From Dictyostelium discoideum (lineage: Eukaryota), in contig CM000151.3 in NCBI GenBank assembly GCA_000004695.1, positions 864,001 through 928,000 of the forward strand: DNA of 64,000 nucleotides, written 5' to 3'. The position numbers were made by a program, and so were the translations under genes. Positions 59,395 through 64,000 of the stretch are shown here, one piece after another; position 1 is the stretch's first letter, and every line of letters starts with the position of its first letter. The notes beneath the pieces were generated by a model that worked only from the letters and a program-made list of their open reading frames with translations, had not been told where the DNA came from and searched no databases.

Positions 59395-59588
59395 GCAACA
59401 ACAACAACAACAACAACAACAACAACTTCAACAACAGCAAAATTTAATGTTCCAACAACAAAACTTACATCAACACAACCAACACCCACATCAACACAAC
59501 CAACCATACTCATCACTACCTCACTATGAGTCATTTCAACCAACACAACAACAACACCAATCATACCACCAACCAATATCACAGCAGC

Positions 59589-59629
<41 letters not shown>

Positions 59630-60098
59630 CCAGATGCAGTGAACTTTGATATAAATAATATTAGTAGTATTGATAATATAAATGGTAGTAATAATTATCT
59701 CCATCAATCTATAAACCACAACCAACCTCCTCCATTCTATGGTCAACAAGCAACTTCATCATCATCACAAGCATCTTCATACAAAACACCATTAAAATCA
59801 AGACAACCACAGCAGCAACAACACCATAAACTCCCTCAAACACCACAAACACCACTCCAATATCAACCAAAAATTATTTATAAAACTCCAATGAAAACAC
59901 CATCCAGAGAGAATGAAAGAATATATTCACCAACAACACAAATTAAAAAAGGTAGACCTTATTCTCATACTTTCCATGCAGAAATGTCAACAGAGGAAGA
60001 GGATAATGAAATTGACAAAGAGTTTTATAGAACAAGAAGAGGTCGTAATATTAATAATAATTTAAACACTATTGTAAATGAACAACACATTAATAATG

Positions 60099-60192
<94 letters not shown>

Positions 60193-60283
60193 TATTAATA
60201 ATAATAATAATAATAATGATATTAATAATAATAATAATAATAATAGTTTTGAAAATAAAAATTTGGAAATGACTCATAGTGAG
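56601..60283 (+). CDS. Large low-complexity protein (polyN, polyQ, acidic E/D runs, SPSQ repeats, polyH); 2 exons. The 3' end is lost in the assembly gap.
   Basis: Exon 1 is 56601..57352 (ends ...LDSVR-AG|GTATGG). The 131-nt intron contains an A(57) run and (ATT)n and ends TTATTAAAG|. Exon 2 starts at 57484 (AG+T = S, then EYEQLQTISSIISEKQPMSRTHVYATSEID...). It is in frame with track ORF 57536..60406, which reads into the N run. Confidence 0.6.
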
Positions 60284-60383
60284 NNNNNNNNNNNNNNNNN
60301 NNNNNNNNNNNNNNNNNNNNNNNNNNNNNNNNNNNNNNNNNNNNNNNNNNNNNNNNNNNNNNNNNNNNNNNNNNNNNNNNNNN
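60284..60383. other. Assembly gap: a run of 100 N.
   Basis: Direct reading. It interrupts the preceding CDS. Confidence 1.
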
Positions 60384-61395
60384 TAATAAATTATTTATTA
60401 TCGTAAAATCATTGTTAATTTTTGTTTATTGTAAATTAGTCTAATTTTTAATATTATAATATATATAAAATAATCTATTCATTATCATTGAAACATTTAT
60501 CATTTTTGTTAATTGTAAATTAATATTTCATTAAATTCTATTTATTGTATCTAATCACTGTTATTGTTAAACAATTATTTTCTAATTTTTTAAATAATTT
60601 TTTAAGATTAAAATAAAACTTTTTTTAAATTATACAAATTATTTCATTATTTTTATTTATTCAGACTTATTTCACCATGTTGATATTTTATAAGGTTTGC
60701 CGGATATTAAAATTTCAGCAGAGTGAAGAAAATCAATTTATCTGGGGCTTGTGGGTTCGTCGCCTCTAAAATAATACTAATAATATGGTTTTTTTTAAAA
60801 AACTATAATATTATAGTTTTAATATATATATCAATGTATAAAATAAAACCTATTATAATAAAAACACATTATTTTGTTTATTATATATTGATATTTAAAT
60901 CAGAAAAGGGTTAATATTTTAAAAATTAAAGTTTAAATGCAGACATATCATAAAATCATTTATTAATTTTGTTAAGTGGTTGTGGTATTAATAAACAATA
61001 ATGTAATTTATCAAAATCTACAATAAATTATTAATTATCACATAAAACTTTTTTTTAATGAATAATAAAAAAATAAAAACATTTATTATTAATTCTGTTT
61101 AAATAATATAAATACTATTCATTAATCTTAATAATTAAAAAAGTTTATTGTTTTTAAAACTATAAAATTATAGTTATCAAAAATGATACATATTCAATAT
61201 CATTATAAAAAAAATTTTTTTTTTTTTTTTTATTTTTTTTTTTCTTTTTTTTTTTTATTTTCTAGTTATGTACTTAATACCAAAAAAAGGTTATTTAAAT
61301 AATTAATTCTAAGGATCCTTGATTTTTTTTTTTTTTTTTTTTCTAAACAATATTTTATTTTATTTTTAGTTTTAGTTTTAAACACATTTAAAAAT

Positions 61396-61842
61396 CTAGA
61401 TTTTATTTTCATTTTTAAAAACACATTTTACAGATATACCTTTGTTTGTATAAACATATACCATTAATGGTGAAGTTACAGTTCTACGTGGCCATATTAT
61501 TTTTCTTTTATTATTGTAGTATTCCGATAAACCATCTGTTTCATTGATTGCATGTTTTAATAATTTTAAAAGAGATTTCGTTGTAATATTCAAAACTTTT
61601 GCTGCATCTGTTTGTTTTAACGAAAGTAGTTCTTCAGTAAATATTATTTCTTTATAATTCTTCAAGCCACCACAATTTTCATAATAATGGTTTAAATAAA
61701 AAACATTTTGTTTTAAAAAATCCTCTATTGGTTTTTCAGGGTACTTTGGTGCTATTTTTCTAATTACCATTGGTAATTTTTTTTCCATCTTTAATTCTTT
61801 ATTTTCTTTTTTGCAATAGATTTTATTTTTCATTTTATACAT
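61396..61842 (-). CDS. Small RWP-RK-like putative DNA-binding protein (148 aa), copy 1 of a tandem pair.
   Basis: MYKMKNKIYCKKENKELKMEKKLPMVIRKIAPKYPEKPIEDFLKQNVFYLNHYYENCGGLKNYKEIIFTEELLSLKQTDAAKVLNITTKSLLKLLKHAINETDGLSEYYNNKRKIIWPRRTV.... The segment LSLKQTDAAKVLNITTKSLLKLLK matches the RWP-RK HTH (LSLED..EAAKKLGI..T.LKK.CR), followed after a ~15-aa insertion by IWPRR (compare RWPHRK). Confidence 0.5.
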   Translation of the reverse strand: MYKMKNKIYCKKENKELKMEKKLPMVIRKIAPKYPEKPIEDFLKQNVFYLNHYYENCGGLKNYKEIIFTEELLSLKQTDAAKVLNITTKSLLKLLKHAINETDGLSEYYNNKRKIIWPRRTVTSPLMVYVYTNKGISVKCVFKNENKI

Positions 61843-62094
61843 ATGGCACTGATGTTATTGTAATCATTTTTCCTTTTTATATTTTTTTTTTTAAAATTTT
61901 TTTCCTTAATATTTTTTTTTTTAAAATTTTTTTTTTTTTTTTCAAACAAACCTTTTTGTTTTTGAGAGGTCAATTAATCATTAATGAGATTTTTTGCAGT
62001 TTATTGTGTATTGTTTTAAGCAAGAAGATTTCAAAACATCACTTAAAAAAATAAGAAAAAAATAAAAAAAAAAATAAAAATAAAAATAAAAAAA

Positions 62095-62134
<40 letters not shown>

Positions 62135-62404
62135 TGGGTACTTTATAAAAATAATTAATATTAATGTTTAAAAAAACTAACTGGGAGCTTTTGTCGTATT
62201 ATAAGTTAATAAAAAAAAAAAAAATTTTTTATTTTTTTTTTTATTTTTTTATTTCTTTTTATTATTTTTTGTTATTTACCAAAGTGGATAATTTAAATAA
62301 ATCCTAACTTCTTTTATTTTTTTTTTTTTAAAAACATTTTTTTTTTTTTTTTTTTTTAAAAATATTTTTTCTTTTTTTTTTCTACACAATGATTTTTTTT
62401 ATTT

Positions 62405-62842
62405 TCAGTTTTGTTCATTTTTAAAAACGCATTCTACAGATATGCCTTTGTTTGTATAAACATATACCATTAATGGCGAGGTTACAGTTCTACGTGGCCA
62501 TATTATTTTTCTTTTATTATTATTATAATAGTATTTCGATAAACCTTTTTCATTGATTGCATGTTTTAATAATTTTAAAAGAGATTTCGTTGTAATATTC
62601 AAAACTTTTGCTGCATCTGTTTGTTTTAACGAAAGTAGTTCTTCAGTAAATATTATTTTTTTATAATTCTTCAAGCCACCACAATTTTCATAATAATGGT
62701 TTAAATAAAAAACATTTTGTTTTAAAAAATCCTCTATTGGTTTTTCAGGGTACTTTGGTGCTATTTTTCTAATTACCATTGGTAATTTTTTTTCCATCTT
62801 TAATTCTTTATTTTCTTTTTTATAAGAGATTTTATTTTTCAT
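62405..62842 (-). CDS. Small RWP-RK-like protein (145 aa), copy 2 of the tandem pair (~90% identical to copy 1).
   Basis: MKNKISYKKENKELKMEKKLPMVIRKIAPKYPEKPIEDFLKQNVFYLNHYYENCGGLKNYKKIIFTEELLSLKQTDAAKVLNITTKSLLKLLKHAINEKGLSKYYYNNNKRKIIWPRRTV... Confidence 0.5.
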   Translation of the reverse strand: MKNKISYKKENKELKMEKKLPMVIRKIAPKYPEKPIEDFLKQNVFYLNHYYENCGGLKNYKKIIFTEELLSLKQTDAAKVLNITTKSLLKLLKHAINEKGLSKYYYNNNKRKIIWPRRTVTSPLMVYVYTNKGISVECVFKNEQN

Positions 62843-64000
62843 TTTATATATATATTTAATTTGGAAATGATTCTATTGTAATTATTTTTTCCTTTGCATA
62901 TTTTTTTTTTAAAATTTTTTTTTTTTTTTTTAATTTTTTTCCTTTGTATATTTTTTTTTAAAATATTTTTTTTTTTTTAAAATTTTTTTTTTTTTTTTTC
63001 AAAGGTGCCTTTTTGTTTTTTAATATTCAATGGTTGATTGAGATTTTATGCAGGTGCACAAAACATAATCAGATAAAACCCTTTTTTTTTAAAAAAAAAA
63101 ATTTAAAAAAAAAAAAAAAAATTGAATTTTTTTTATTTTCGCAAGTTGGTTAAAAAAATCAAAAAATATTTTCGAAACACAATAAAACTCGCATCTCAAA
63201 AAACCATTTAATTATAGATATTTTGAAAAAAAAAAGAAAAATTATTTTGTTTTTTTATTTTTTTGAATTTACAATTTTTCAAATTTTAATCAAATTTTTA
63301 GATAAAAATTTTTTGATTATTTTTTTATTTTTTTTTACTTTTTTTATGAAAGGGCGCCAGTAAATTATCCAAATAATTTTTTCAATAATTTTTTTTTTAT
63401 TTTTTTTTTTCAAATTAATTCAAATAAAACACCCAAAAATCAAACTCATATATTTCAGATTATTAAATTCAGAATATTTTTATTATTAATTAATTGGTCG
63501 ATTTGTTTTTTTCATTTAATAAAAAAATTTTAAACCAAAATTTTTGGACATTTTTTTTCTGTGTATGGTTATAAATAAAAAAAAATCTAAATTTATTTAT
63601 ATTTTTAAAAACATTTTGCAGAAAAAAATAAATACGTTACATTTTCCCCCAATTTTTAGATTTTAATTTTTTACAAAAACTATAAAATATATTTTATAAC
63701 TCGATCTTTTTCAAAATAACTTTTTTTGTTCAGAATTAATTCAATTATTCACAGAAAGGTCCAATATTTTTTATTTATTTAAAATTTTTTTTATTTATTT
63801 TAAAAAATATTTCACGCTTTTGTAAGTTTCATAAATTTTCACAAAATTCTTTAAATATAAACAGAATATTCTCTTTTTATTTCATTCTATAATATCATTA
63901 TTTAGAAAATCCCTTCACCAATAAAATCTAAATCTTCATTAGCAGACTACACCTTATATCGACATTGATTATATAGTATTTTTAGGGCATATGGGGACAA

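Larger units (their letters stand above)
61396..63400. repeat. Tandem duplication of a ~1.0-kb unit (gene plus 5' flank) containing the RWP-RK-like genes. The flanks share T-rich blocks and GC-richer boxes (GAGGTCAATTAATCATTAATGAG / GGTTGATTGAGATTTTATGCAGG).
   Basis: The two ORFs end exactly 1000 bp apart (61842 vs 62842), and the upstream regions 61843-62400 and 62843-63400 align by eye. Confidence 0.6.

Noticed and set aside
60720-60770. The GC island GGGGCTTGTGGGTTCGTCGCCTC resembling a tRNA T-arm (GGTTCG...).
   Set aside because: I could not build an acceptor stem, D-arm or anticodon arm around it. No A-box (TRGCNNAGTGG) or canonical B-box (GGTTCGANTCC) is present anywhere in the window. 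No tRNA is called.

Overview
This window reads as AT-rich nuclear DNA from a dictyostelid social amoeba, with a Dictyostelium discoideum-like sequence style. The evidence is (CAA)n and (AAT)n microsatellites translated in frame as polyQ and polyN tracts, long A/T homopolymer runs, short AT-rich GT..AG introns with GTAAGT/GTATGT donors, compact genes separated by AT deserts, and one 100-N assembly gap. Several 'M' residues in the ORF track are really TTG or GTG codons, so I re-derived true ATG starts and splice junctions by hand. Junction coordinates may be off by 1 or 2 nt.

I recognise about 25 protein-coding genes and no tRNA, rRNA, CRISPR or bacterial-type elements. Genes identified from domain signatures, in window order:
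- a U-box E3-like gene with polyN/polyQ tracts (runs off the window)
- lipin / phosphatidate phosphatase
- an IGHMBP2/Smubp-2-type helicase with R3H and AN1 zinc finger
- a 3-exon NUS1/Nogo-B-receptor-like gene
- a RapGAP-domain gene
- a CCHC zinc-knuckle plus Arg/Asp-repeat protein
- a KDKK-repeat protein with SUMO-interaction-like motifs
- the complex III hinge protein, split by an unusually long 1.16-kb intron
- a cytochrome P450 with an apparent +1 frameshift
- two tandem Zn-dependent alcohol dehydrogenase paralogues with different intron numbers
- an EGF-containing type I membrane glycoprotein
- a bacterial-type GrpB/UPF0157 protein
- succinyl-CoA ligase beta subunit
- a VPS9 (Rab5-GEF) domain gene immediately downstream of, and in frame with, a PX plus F-box-like plus degenerate Rho-like GTPase gene. 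These two may be one spliced gene.
- two tandemly duplicated small RWP-RK-like genes beyond the assembly gap.

Other observations:
- a ~190-bp near-perfect hairpin inverted repeat in an intergenic region
- a ~0.5-kb segmental duplication that copies an ATG plus polyN start and its 5' flank, including a TATAAATTTTAA motif, onto two different downstream coding sequences
- two gene-free AT deserts of about 4 kb and 3.3 kb
- one exact match to the DUSE-like ncRNA promoter motif TCCCACAA.
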